From assembly GCA_043228905.1 (NCBI GenBank), contig JBHGNT010000011.1, forward strand, positions 4,774,001-4,838,000: 64,000 nucleotides of DNA, read 5' to 3'. Below, piece by piece: positions 50,001-62,600 of the stretch. Origin of the DNA: Azolla caroliniana (taxonomy: Eukaryota > Plantae > Polypodiophyta). The notes beneath the pieces are model-generated. The model was not told the DNA's origin. It did no database searches and worked only from the letters and a program-made list of their open reading frames with translations. Each line of letters opens with the position of its first letter. The first letter of the stretch is position 1. The position numbers and the translations under genes are program-made.

Positions 50001-50121
50001 TCTCGATGCGTGGGGGTTTTTCTCTCTGCATCTTGGCGCCTTTTTTGAGCCTTCGCATGTGCAGGTCATGTACTATAATAGCATTGCGTGCCATGTGGCG
50101 GTGGTTTAATGTCCTATTCAT
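47043..50121 (-). pseudogene. Additional 3' ORF of gypsy 8 (unknown function; globular N-terminal part, low-complexity linker, long coiled coil)
   Basis: ORFs 49489-50121, 48598-49476 and 48028-48315 share one frame; 47301-48062 follows after a frameshift. Confidence 0.7.
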
Positions 50122-50263
50122 AGCCCCTCGTACCTTTTTGACGTGCCTCTTTACTTCTTGTTTGCATGGCCGTTTCCACCACTCCTTTCCATGATTTATT
50201 TGATTCGCTCCTTTATTTATTTATTTATTATTATTATTATTTTTAATTAAGACAACTGTGTGG

Positions 50264-53200
50264 TTAATTTTTCTCCGGTCCTGTCAGACCCTTACCCGAA
50301 ACGCGCACCTTGCCGGCCTCTTGACGGTTTGCCGTCGTTATGCTTTCCCTTGTTTCTGGCTCGTGCTCCCCCTTACCGGCTTGGTGGTAGCCGTTTTCCT
50401 CACGGGTTTCCGTCATGGTTGGCCTACCGGCGTCTGATTCGGTGGCGGCCCTTCGTTCAAATGGGTTCTTGGGCATAGGTCCTTTGTATGGTTTTAGTCT
50501 AAATCCGTTGACCCATTTACCCTGCACTTCGCCAACAAGTGTCCTTAACTAGTAGGATCCATTGAACTCGCGTGTGATCCAGTACGTTCCGGTCCATCTA
50601 AACCGTAGTTTGCCTAGCATTTTACCCATCCGGGTCTGGAACACTAGTACCGGCTTGCCGATTTCGAACATCTTTTCATTTCCCTTGTGGTGACGATCTA
50701 CAAACGCTTTCCGTCGCCGCTGTTCCAATTCCAGGTGCATGATGCTCGCCAGTCGGTGTTCTTCTAGTTCACACAGAGCCTTTAACCGAATTGCATCCGA
50801 TTCCTTTTCATTGAGTCGTTCCCAAATCTGAATCCGTAAGCTCGGTATCTGGAACTCGACCGGCATGACTGCCTCTAATCCGAATGCTATTTGGAATGGT
50901 GTTGTTCGGATGCTTGTTTTGTACGTTGTCCGATAGGCCCAGAGCGCACTATGCAGCTTCGTATCCCAATCTGTCCGGTTTTCGTTGACGATTTTCCGAA
51001 GGATATTCTGGAGTGTTTTGTTCATCGATTTAGCTAACCCGTTTGCTTGCGGATAGTACGGTGTACTCCGTTTATGTACTACTGCATAGAACGTTGTCAA
51101 ACTTTCTACCACCTGTCCAAGAAAGTGCCCTCCTTGGTCACTTGTAAGCTCTATGGGGCATCCGTACCGGCACCAAATGCATTCGTATAAGAATTTTGCC
51201 GTTGACGCCGCGGTGTTATCTCGTAAGGCTTTGGCTTCCACCCATTTAGTGCAGTAATCCGTCGCGACGATCACGTGCCGGTTACCGGTTCTCATTGCCG
51301 GTGGTTTAAATGACCCGACAAAATCTAGCCCCCATTTCTGGAATGGTTCTAGTGGTAGGACTGGCTGATGCGGCATCCTAGCTTGTTCCGTTGGTTGGCC
51401 CATTCGCTGGCATAGATCACACTCTTTCGCGTACCGGATTGCGTCTTTCAATGTAGTCGGCCACCATAGGCCACTTTGCCATATCTTCCTTGCCGTCGCA
51501 TCCTCGGCATAATGACCTCCGGTGACTCCGCAGTGTGCCTCCCGTAGTATTACCTCCTTCTCGTCACTGCGCACCGCTCGTCTCCAGATACCATCCACAC
51601 CTTTGTGGTATAGCGTGTCTTGTAATAAACAAAAGCGCCGGCTTTGTACCGCCAGGCGCTTCCTCTCGTCCCGGTTCATCTCCTCCGGAGTCAATCCGGT
51701 ACTCAGAAACTGGTGCATATTAGTTAGTCACTTATCTTCTTGTGCCACCGTTTCATCTGTTGCCGTTTCCGTGTTGACTCGAAAAAGCTATGCATTCGGA
51801 AACTCGTCCGGTACTCCGTCATCCGTCTCCCTAGAATCTAACCGGCTTAGATAATCTGCTACCGCATGTTGTATGCCGGGTTGGTGGAATATCTCGAATT
51901 TGAACTCTTGCAACAACAAAGTCCACCGGGCCAACTTACTGGTAAGTGACGCTTTGGATACTAGGTAGAGGAGTGTCGAATGATCTACATGGAAGGAGAA
52001 CTTTCTTCCCAATAAATAATGCCTGAATTTCGTTACACTATAGATCATTCCTAAAGCTTCCCTCTCCATGGTAGAATAATTTCGTTCCGCTTGGGATAGC
52101 TTCCGGCTGGCATAGTACACTGGCCGGTACCACCTTGGCTCCGTAAGCTGCATGAGCACGCTGCCGATTGCGATGTCGGAGGCGTCCACGAACACATGAA
52201 ACTCTTTACTCCAATCCGGAGCCTGCACTACCGGTGCTTGTGACAATAACACCTTTAGTGCCCGGTATGCCTTGTCTTCGATGTCGGTCCATTGGAACGG
52301 TGTTCGATGTACTGCCGCATGCAGAGGTGTAGCCAGGTTCGCCAAATATCGGAGCATACGGCTATGCCAGCGGAATTGTCCTAAGAAACGGCTCAATGCC
52401 TTTCCCGTTGCCAGTGCCAGTGCTTCCAGGATTGCTTTCACTTTGTCCGGATCTACGGCAATGCCTTCCTTGCTCACAATATGCCCTAGTAGCGTTCCGC
52501 TGGACACTCCAAATACACACTTCGCCAGATTCAGGCTTAGTCGGTACGCCCTACACTTCTCTAGACATAGTCTGAGGTGTTGCAAATGATCTTCTTCTCG
52601 GCTATAGACGGCGAAGTCGTCAAGGAATACCTGCATAAAAGCCGGTATGTATTCACCAAAGATCTCCATGATGATCCGTTGGAATGTTGTCGGTGCCGTT
52701 TTCAGTCCGAACATCATCACCACGGCAACAAACACTCCCCATTCGGTGACAAAAGCCGTTTTCTCTTGATCTTTAGCGTGCATCCGGATCTGATTATACC
52801 CGCTGAATCCGTCTAAGAAACTGTAGACTTCATGACCGGCGACGGCATCCAAAATTCCATCCGTAAACGGAAGTGGAAATGCATCCGTTACCGTTGCGGC
52901 ATTGAGCTTCCGGTAGTCGACACAAACTCTAATTTTGCTGTTCTTCTTCGGTACGACTACGATCGGGCTGAGCCAGGTAGATTTCTTTACGGGACGGATG
53001 AAGCCAACCCTGAGCAATTTGTCGATTTCCTCCTTGACTTTGGCAGCGTAGTTTGGGTTCATCCGGTACCGACGCTGTGCTACCGGCTTGGCGTCTTTGC
53101 TCAGATGTATCTGGTGCTGATACAATTGAGGATCCAACCCTCTCATATCCTCGTAAGACCAGGCAAATACGTTGAGGAGTGTAATTATCGCCGTTTTGTT

Positions 53201-56200
53201 CTCTGCATTCATTTCTTTGGCGATGTGCACTGGTTTTGCCTCCTCTGCCCTTCCTAGATTTACCTCTTCTAATTGAGACGCTTTTACGCGTTGTTGCGTT
53301 GTTACACACGTGCGTGGAGAAAGGCGGGACCACGGGGGTCTTGGACTAGGGAGCGACGGAGCGTAGGAAGCCGTGCTTCACGGCTTCTAGGGCATCTCAA
53401 AAACGCACCGGAAGCAACCGAAGGGGGAGAGAGAGCGAGAGAGAGAGAGAGCGTGCTTAACACCGACTCACGCACACACACGCACACACAGCCCGACCCG
53501 ACTCACGCCCTTATGTACAGAAAACGCAGGGAAGGAGTGGAGCACCCGACACCAACAAGACGCCAATATACACAGACAGACGCAAACGTATATATATATA
53601 GAGAGAGAATACACTCCCGGCTTCAAGCCGGACCAAGATAGTTTACAACAGTCGTCTGCTGTCAAGCCGCCGTCGGGGAGCTCTCGGGCTCGTCGCGCCG
53701 AGCGGGGTCTTACACAGGAGACAAGCTGCAGCCAACCCTAAACGAAGATGAAAGGGAAGAAGAAGAAGCAGAAGAACCCTAACCCTGAACCTACCGGTAT
53801 ACCCTCTAATCCAAAATGGGCAACCCTTTTACAAAGGGCGTTCCCTCCCTTTTATAGAACAAGGAGAGGGACGCGTTACAATGTGGGACAAATCCCGACT
53901 TTCATGGGATCGTCAGTCCCGACTCGACTACTCTTCGGCGCCATAAAGGCACCCTCGATATTCACACCAATTGTACATGGGTGCGTACACACGCTGCACC
54001 TCGCCGATGTAGACAATGTTTCCCGGTTTCCACCTCTGGCCGAAATTCTTCACGACAGCGTTGTGATACGGCCATTTCTCTTTCCAATGCCTCTTGCGCT
54101 TGTCATAACTCCCGGATTGCTTCTTTATCCGGTTCCGCTTCGGATCCGTCCGGTTGCAGTAAGTAGGGTGATACCGGTTCGGCAACGTCAATTTCGAATA
54201 GGGGTACAATCTCCGGCTTCTCCTGCAAGTACTGATCTTCTTCTTCGTCTGCTAATCCTTCCAGCATATTGACGCACTCTGCATATAACGGTGTCAGATC
54301 CTTGCCGGTGCCCTTCCTTGGTTGTGTTGGTACCCATACCTTCGCTATTCCCCGCCGGAACGTAATCATATTCCTCCTCCAGTTCTGCTTGATGTGAGTC
54401 GTTTTTAACCAAGGACGTCCCAACAATAATGGGTACGCTCCTTGAGCCTGCAACTGGAGAACTACGGCTGAGATTCGGAATGTGTGGCCCCGGATGGTTA
54501 CTTCTAAGTCCCGTATTAATCCTGTCGGTTGCACCGAGCTTGTGTCCGCCATTTGGAGCCAGAACGGACATCGCACGTCTGGAGGCTTATTACATTAACG
54601 CCGGAGCCTCCGTCTATTATCGTGCCGGGGAGTTCTTTCCCTTTCACAATGGCAGTAATTGCCGGACTGTTGGTGTCTACCACCGCTGGTCCCTCCTCCG
54701 GATTTGAGAAGAATGCCGGCGCCGGTGGTGTGCCGCCTGTCGTCATGCCGGGCTTGAGTCCTTCTGTGAAACTTGGTACTAGTTGCAAGAGTCGTCCTAA
54801 CGGCAGCGAGCTCTTCGGTGTTCTCCTTTTGCTGTGCAAGTTCTTCTACGTTTCACTCATTTGCCTTTTTCACCCATTCCGTTGCCTGTTTCCGGATGGC
54901 CTCTTGTGTCTCCCATTCCGTCGTCTTGCCCTTCGACCTTGTGGTGACCTGCTGTAGGTCTACGACTTCAGCGACTACCATGTTTAGTGCCGGTCGCTTA
55001 TCATAGCTCTTTGCCGAGCATTGGTTACTGTAATGTCCTTCTTGCCGGAAATAATAGTAATATGCTTTCCGGGTATTGCTGGATTCGGCATTGTTTCCTG
55101 TACCCGGTGGAGAGCCTGTGGTAACCGTAGGGCTCTTGTCCGGTTGGCTGCTTGAGGCGTCTTTTTCGGGTTCACGTGGGTGGCTCCCTTTTTTGAAATG
55201 CCGTTTTCTATTAAAGTTCTTTTTGTTGCGGTACCCTTGACGGGGTTGGTCGTCATATCTCCCGTAATCTTCCCGTCGTTGGTGATACCCGGGGGAGTGA
55301 TCCCAGTTGTGATGCTCGTACCGTCCATTGTAATCTCGGTACTTGTCATATCTCTTGTACCGATCATAGTTGTCTCGCTGATTGTCGTACCGGACATCCT
55401 GTGCCGGTCGATATCACTCCTCTCGCCGCTAGCATTCATCTTCTTCGTCTCGGCTGCTACGTGGCTCCATTTTCCGGACTGGTGGTGCTTGCCGATTCAA
55501 TAAGTTATATTCGCACCGGTCCACCGTGTGGCTTGTAGATTGGTAGAGTAAGCAGTGGGTCCGCATGGTGCACTCCAGTGACGAGTGTTCGGAATTCAAG
55601 CAGGTCGTGCATTGGATTGCTTGCCGGAACCGGAGATCCTCATCAGTTGGTAACGCTCGTTGGAGGGCTCCCATTGTTAGCCAAGAGCTTGTTTTCTCCA
55701 TTTCTCTAACCCGGTCGATGACCTCGTCGACGGTGCTTGTGCGAAAGTCGATGACCGTGCATACTGTTCGTAGAGGTTATCGGAGCGCGTCTAAGAATAT
55801 AATCCGTGTTTCTTCCTCCGGAGGTGCGCGGGTAAGCTGACTGTGCATCCGTTGAAATTGGATGACAAACTGCGGAATGCTCTCCCCGGGGTCTTGCCGG
55901 ATGGTATTAAGTAGGCCCACCATTTCTCTCTGGTCCACCTCCTTCTGAAAGAAGTGCAAGAATTTATCTTTCAGGTCCGCAAAGGTGGTGATGGTGCTGC
56001 GATCCTGCGTCCGGTGCCATCTGGCGGCCGGTCCTTCCAATGTCACGCCGAATTTGGCTATCTTAGATTGTTCCTCTTCTGCCGCGGTTAACCGTTGTGA
56101 CACATGGTTCGCCTCCCATGTTTGTTGAAATGCGTGAACATGAGCCTCCGCGTCCGGATCATCCCTATACTTGGAGTACTGGAACGGCATGTCGTTGTCC

Positions 56201-56529
56201 GGTGTCGGTACGCGGGCTGGTGGTCTTTCCTGTTGTTCCGTGGGCGTTAGAGGTCTTTGCCGGTCTTCCTTTGGTGTTGCCGGCTCGACTTCCGGTGTTG
56301 GATGTTTTTGCCGGTCTTTTTCCGTCTCCAGAGGTTGCTCCATGTCTAGTGCCGGAGGTTCCCAGTCTGCCAACTCTGGTTCTGATGTCAGTAATGTATC
56401 CGACTCCTCGTCCTCCGGTCCTCCTGGGGTGTCGTTACTGCTGTGATAGTTCGTGTGTACGTTGTAACCCCCTTCCGAATCCGATTCCAGCACTGAAAAT
56501 GCTTCGGATTTGCCGTCTCTTCTGGCCAA
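50264..56529 (-). pseudogene. gypsy 8 gag-pol, disrupted
   Basis: Gag 55777-56529; IIDGGSGVNVI protease ~54620; RT/RH 51788-53230 (RVCVDYRKLN, FLDDF, VDASD, EREAL); integrase 50549-51718 (H..H..CDLC, WGLDF, SDQGGHF). Confidence 0.92.
53292..54015 (-). mobile_element. Solo-LTR-like insertion between protease and RT of gypsy 8
   Basis: Non-coding block with TG..CA candidate ends, TATAAA (minus, ~53852) and CT/GT microsatellites, interrupting pol; no clean TSD, so boundaries are approximate. Confidence 0.6.
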
Positions 56530-58665
56530 GGCCTGGAGAAGGGTTTTTCCGCTTCTCGGAGGCTGCTTAAGCTGCTTCCTTCGTCCGGGTAGGCGTTTTA
56601 TTGCAGACAGAGCGACTCCTCCGCCACTTTCCGGATCACTTTGGAAAATGATCGATCCATTCGGATTTCTTCCGCTGCTTGCTGGAAAGCCTCTCGCCGC
56701 CTTCTCCGTTCAGCAAGTCTTTGTGCTCTCTCTGTAACCGGGTTGTCTGTTGGCCTAGTCATCCATTCCTGCCACTGTTCACTGCGATTGTGCAGGAATC
56801 GTGGTCGCCAAAAACTGTGTTAATCCCAGGGCCGGACAACAGCCTAACACAGGGTGTCCACTTAAGACACTTCACCAAAGGGTGGTACGACAGAATGACT
56901 TACGACACAACGCTTAATTAGACCTTAATTGGTTACTTAGCAATCCGTAATTAACACGCGTAAGATATAACAATGAATACAGAACGGTAATCAACACTGG
57001 AAGATTAAGACAATAAGCTCTATTAATTATCCGTTCTTGATTACATTGTAATCGGGCCTTTATATAGGTCTCCGGTGCGAAATACAAAACGGTGCCAACC
57101 GGCACCTTTTCGGGATCGGTCTGGATCCGGGTTGGCATACCAATTCCGGTCCGTCCGTCCACATCTTCTCATATATTACTATATATTTTAAGACTACTAA
57201 TTACAACAATTCCCGAATAAACTATTCCTTTCACACTTTGGTTTGGACCTCCTTAAGCCTTCTTGCCAGCCGGTAACAAGAAGCGGAAATGGACGCAAGT
57301 TGGTGTGCCGCTAAGGAGGAAGAAATGCGGGCACTTGATGCCAATGACACATGGGACCTAGTTGAGCCTCCCCGACACTTTAAACTAATCGGATGTAAGT
57401 GGGTGTACAAGGTAAAGTACAATGCTTACGGTTCGGTTAACCGGTACAAATCCTGGTTAGTGGCCAATGGATACGCGCAGACCCACGGAATCGACTACGA
57501 CGAGACCTTCGCTCCGGTAGCGAAGATGACAACGGTTCGTGTGGTGTTGGCGGTTGCTGCAGCAAGGGGTTGGCCTCTTCACTAGATGGACGTGAAGAAT
57601 GCATTTCTTCAAGGCGATCTTGAAGAAGCGGTCTTTATGACCCAACCCCCCGGTTTCCAGTCGGAGATGAACAAGTCGGCAGTATGCCGGCTGAAGAAGT
57701 CACTTTATGGTCTAAAGCAAGCCCCTCGAGCTTGGAATGTGAAGATCACGCACCGGTTGTGTAAGATGGGGTTTGCGGCCTCCAAATCCAATTTTTTGTT
57801 GTTCATCCGGCAAGGTTCGGACGGTTCGGTTTGCATGTTCCTGTATGTTGATGATCTAGTCATCACCGGACCCGGACTTGATGAAATTAGCGGAGTCAAG
57901 TCCTAGCTGTCGGAAGCATTTGAGATGAAGGACCTGGGGGACCTTCACTATTTAGTTGGGATCGAGGTGATCCGAACCCATGACAGCATATTGCTCTCAC
58001 AAAGACACTATGTGTTGAATATGTTGTACAAGTTCAGCATGACGGAATGCTAACCAATCTCCACACTCCTAGACCGGAACTAAACGCTCTGTCCCGACTC
58101 CAGACTGGCCTGCGATGAGAAGTGATTCTGATAAATCATCGAAAGCCTTATATATTTAACAATCATCCGTCCCGACATCAGTGATCTGGTCAGCGTGATC
58201 AGCCAATATATATGCAGAAGCCGACCGTGGAGCACCTTCTATGTGCACATCGAATTTTGCGTTATGTGAGCGGCACGAAGGACCAGGGACTATTATACTG
58301 GCATGATATAGGGTGAAAGCATGCGAGTGGAAACAATTAGCTATGTCCTTGACATAGCTAATTAGCTATGCAAAAAGCTACCATTGATAAATAGTCATTT
58401 TAGTAAAAATCCATCATTAATAAATTAAGTATGAAAAAAACTACCATTGAAAATACTAGAGTGTTTTAATTACATATGTAAATGAGTGCCATAAATGTGC
58501 AACATAAATTGATGTGTGCACCATAAATGTGTACCATAAATTATATATCGAATTCCTAGGTCCATTATGCATGATCCTTTGCCACATCACGTAGGTCATC
58601 TCTAGTTGAGTATTGTGGGTTAGTTGCTACCACTGTTGCTAAACCCTATCGAGTCCACCTGCCGC

Positions 58666-59350
58666 CACTCTACACTGAGGGGCTGCTACTGTGCGTTCCA
58701 AGCATCATCAAAGAGCTGCTCAATCTGACGGGGTTCTCTTCTCTGTGACACTCTACACTCAGGGGCCACTATTGTGCATTCCAAGCATCATCAAAGAGCT
58801 GTTCAATCTGACGGGGTTCTCTTCTCTGTGCCACTCTACACTCAGGGGCCATTACTGTGCGTTCCAAGCATCATCAAAGAGCTGTTCAATCTGAGGGGGT
58901 TCTCTTCTCTGTGCCACTCTACACTCAGGGGCCATTACTGTGCGTTCCAAGCATCATCAAAGAGCTGTTCAATCTGACGGGGTTCTCTTCTCTGTGCCAC
59001 TCTACACTCAGGGGCCGCTGCTGTGCGTTCCAAGCATCATCAAAGAGTTGTTCAATCTGACGGGGTTCTCTTCTCTTTGCCACTCTACACTCAGGGGTTG
59101 CTACTGTGCGTTCCAAGCATAATCGAAGAGCTATTCAATCTGACGGGGTTCTCTTCTCTTTTCCACTCTCACTCAGGGGCCGCTACTGTGCGTTTCAAGC
59201 ATCATTGGTAACTGTTCAATCTGACGGGGTTCTCTTCTCTATGCCACTCTATTCTCAAGTGCCTTCTATGTGCGTTTCAAGCATCATCGGTAACTGTTCA
59301 ATCTGACGGGGTTCTCTCCTCCATTGCCATCATTCTATACTCAGTTGCCA
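58666..59350. repeat. 83-bp tandem array (6 good copies plus shorter decayed ones) upstream of the transposase
   Basis: CACTCTACACTCAGGGGCC..GTTCCAAGCATCATCAAAGAGCTGTTCAATCTGACGGGGTTCTCTTCTCT; repeated ORF starts at 58691, 58774, 58857, 58940, 59023 and 59106 confirm the 83-nt period. Confidence 0.95.
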
Positions 59351-59652
59351 CTACTGTCCAGTCCCGGATTGCTTCCACATTTCGATTTGACGGAGTTCAC
59401 TCATCCAACGGCAACATTCTACACTCAGTTGTTGCCATTGGTCGGTCTTGGATCGCCTCCTCAACTGTTGGATCCAACAGAGTGAAATCCTCTACTGTTC
59501 GGTCTTGGATTGCAATAACTTTTCTGTCTATTGATTATCTTGTGTATTGTTGTGTCTAATCTTGTGTATTGTGTGGAATATTTTTGTGTATTGTTGTTGC
59601 CCATAGCCATCTTTAATACTTGTTTTTTTTTCTGGAAATTTAGGGTTTTAAC

Positions 59653-62600
59653 ATGTCTAGCCAAATGGAAGGGGAAGAAGGGTGTTTAGAATTACCCCTC
59701 AATGATCATAAGGATAGGGATGATGTTATCAGGACACAACAAGCCATACGAAACTATTGGGCAGAAAAAAAAAGGAAACATCGTCAATTGTTGAAGGATA
59801 CGAAAGCCACACTCAGTAAAGGTAAGGATAGTTTAGATGAGAATGTAAGTAATGCGACTACCATCATAGAGAGAAAGGTTGTAGACTATTTCAATGTTCA
59901 AACCAAGCACATCAGCAATGAAGAAAAGAAGGTAGTACTTTATGGAATATTAAATGATCCATCGATAAAGGACTTAGTTGATTGTGATGGTCTTAATGCA
60001 AACATATCATCTATTTTAGTAAATAATCTTCGTAATAGTTTCGTATCCATGAGCAGGTCAGAAGATGATCTTGTCTTAAAAAGGTCTAGTCTAATGATGT
60101 TACTTAATAGTGATGTTGACGATATAAACATCAGTGAGCTATCTAAGGTAATTGGTGTTAGTAGAAAAACAGTGTACAATACAATGAACCGTATAATTTC
60201 CTCGGGTGAAGGAACTAGTCTACTAAAGCTAACTACAAGATGTAAGCCAATGACACCCATAACATTTGAAATCAAGGATGTAATCACAATGTTTTGGACT
60301 AATGAGAGTAGGGTTTCACCCAATAAAAAGGATTTATGCAGGAAACGTGTTGGAAGAAATCAATACGAGGAGCATCCCATTCATCTTCTTGATGTACCTC
60401 AGGTATTTACATTTATCTCAACATTTGTTTTGACTCTACTCGGAAAGTTAATTAGCTCAGTTAGCAGAAAAGCTAATTAGCTTATCAGTTACATTTACCT
60501 CAGTTAGCTACTAGGATCGCTACTACATAGGTAACTAGCTACTCTCAATAGTTACTACCATGATAGCTAATTAGCTATTCTCAATAGCTAATTTAGGTAC
60601 TACCAGATAATTAGCTGTACTGCTAGCTAGTTAGCTATCATGGTAGCTAGTTAGCTATTTCGTTATTACCAGCTAATTAGCTACTAGGAAAGCTAATTAG
60701 CTACCATGATAGCTAATTAGCTACTATGATAGCTACTACATAGGTAACTGGCTACTCTCAATAGCTACTACCATGATAGCTAATTAGTTAGGATAGCTAA
60801 TTAGCCACCATTATAGCTAATTAGCTACTAGACCAGCTAATTAGCTACCATGATAGCTAATTAGTTACTAGGACAGCTAATTAGCCACCGTGATAGCTAA
60901 TTAGCTACCATGATAGCTAATTAGCTACTATACCAGCTAATTAGCTACCATGATAGCTAATTAGTTACTAGGAAAGCTAATCAGCCACCATTATAGCTAA
61001 TTAGCTACTAGACTAGCTAATTAGCTACCACGATAGCTAATTAGCTACTAGACCAGCTAATTAGCTACCATGATAGCTAATTAGTTACTAGGAAAGCTAA
61101 TTAGCCACCATGATAGCTAATTAGCTAGTAGACAAGCTAATTAGCCACCATGATAGCTAATTAGCTACTAGGACAACTAATTAGCTACTAGGACAACTAA
61201 TTAGCTACTAGGACAGCTAATTAGCTACTACGACAGCTAATTAGCTACTACGACAGCTAATTAGCTACCATGATAGCTAATTAGCTACTAGAATAGCTAA
61301 TTAGCTACCATGATAGCTAATTAGCTACTACGACAGCTAATTAGCTACCATGATAGCTAATTAGCTACTAGAATAGCTAATTAGCTACTAGAATAGCTAA
61401 TTAGCTACCATGATAGCTAATTAGCTACTACGACAGCTAATTAGCTACCATGATAGCTAATTAGCTACTACGACAGCTAATTAGCTACCATGATAGCTAA
61501 TTAGCTACTAGGACAACCAATTAGCTACTAGGACAGCTAATTAGCTACCATGATAGCTAATTAGCTACTACGACAGCTAATTAGCTACCATGATAGCTAA
61601 TTAGCTACTAGAATAGCTAAATAGCTACCATGATAGCTAATTAGCTACTACGACAGCTAATTAACTACCATGATAGCTAATTAGCTACTAGGACAACTAA
61701 TTAGCTACCATGATAGCTAATTAGCTACTAGAATAGCTAACTAGCTACTAGAATAGCTAACTAGCTACTAGAATAGCTAATTAGCTACTAGGATAGTTAG
61801 CTAGTTACGAGAATAACTAATTCCCCTTTATTACGCAGGTCGATTTATTTATTAGGTTCAAACGAATGCATCCAACTATCAAAGTTCAACTACGAACATT
61901 CGAGTCTCTTAAGCCACACTTTGTGAGACGCTTAAAGGATCGATACACATGTTGTTGCATTTACCATGTACAGATGGGTTTTCTGAAGGACTCTGTTAAT
62001 CTACTACGTCACCATAGCGCATCCCTAACTAATACAGTTTGCACATGTGGGTGCCAAATCTGTCGATCAAGCCCGCAAGAGGAGTGTAAATCATCTGAGC
62101 ACGTTATCTCTTCCATGAGTTATTTATTAGATTCAATATTGTGTCCGAGAGAATCTGACGCTATCTTCCATATTCATAAATGTGTCATGGGTTTATGTCA
62201 AGATTGTGGCCCTACTAGATTTAGGTGGTGTCCAAATGAATTGAGTAGTGAAATATTGATCTCTGTGAAGTTATTTGAGTCAGTGAACACCAATTTCGAA
62301 GGAAAGGTGTGTAAAAGAAAGGATCTAGTTCGGAAGATGCTTAAACCAAGGGATTTGGTGTCTCTGTTTGTAGTATCTCTAGGAAAGTTCATTAAACACA
62401 ACTTCATTTATTCATGGCAGGCCCATCAGTTTAAGACTTGCATATCTGATTTCCCAAATGATGTAGTAGTCTCAGTAGTAGATTTCGCAGAGAATTATAC
62501 TTTCAAGCAGCAGAATGAAATTCAATCTATGCATTGGTGTTCAGTTCAGGTAACCATTTTTGTGCACATAACATATTTTCGAGTTTCAGGTGATGTTAAA

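Larger units (their letters stand above)
46584..57278 (-). mobile_element. Full-length non-chromoviral Ty3/gypsy element 8 with an extra 3' ORF
   Basis: TSD AGAAG (46579-46583 and 57279-57283); LTRs 46584-47042 and 56818-57278, highly similar; PBS TGGCGACCACG (tRNA-Arg-like) ending at 56810; order gag-PR-RT-RH-INT; no chromodomain or extra RNase H seen. Confidence 0.95.
42553..58310 (+). mobile_element. Fragmented Ty1/copia element 6: 5' LTR 42553-42994, PBS 42995-43006, protease/integrase ~44591-46583, RT 57279-58310
   Basis: TGTTG..TTTACA LTR then TGGTATCAGAGC; WYVDSGVSNHMT, HSDVWGP, REPESYAE interrupted by the gypsy and resuming at AEMDA..; LYVDDL; cut at 58310. Joining the LTR to the downstream pol is an inference. 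Confidence 0.8.

Noticed and set aside
53925-53943. TGGCGCC on the minus strand as a PBS of another element
   Set aside because: It is not preceded by an LTR CA end and lacks extended tRNA complementarity; it lies inside the LTR-like insert.
1-58310. Numerous antisense and alternate-frame ORFs of 60-190 aa overlapping retroelement pol genes
   Set aside because: Shadow ORFs of GC-rich TE coding sequence with no independent motifs.
58691-59306. Six similar 60-67 aa ORFs as a small peptide family
   Set aside because: They start at GTG within an 83-bp repeat and simply rotate frame with each unit.
60447-61810. CRISPR array (palindromic repeat plus variable spacer)
   Set aside because: Repeats are only 12 bp, the linkers are 8 nt and reused many times, no cas genes are present, and the array lies in a spliceosomal intron of eukaryotic DNA.
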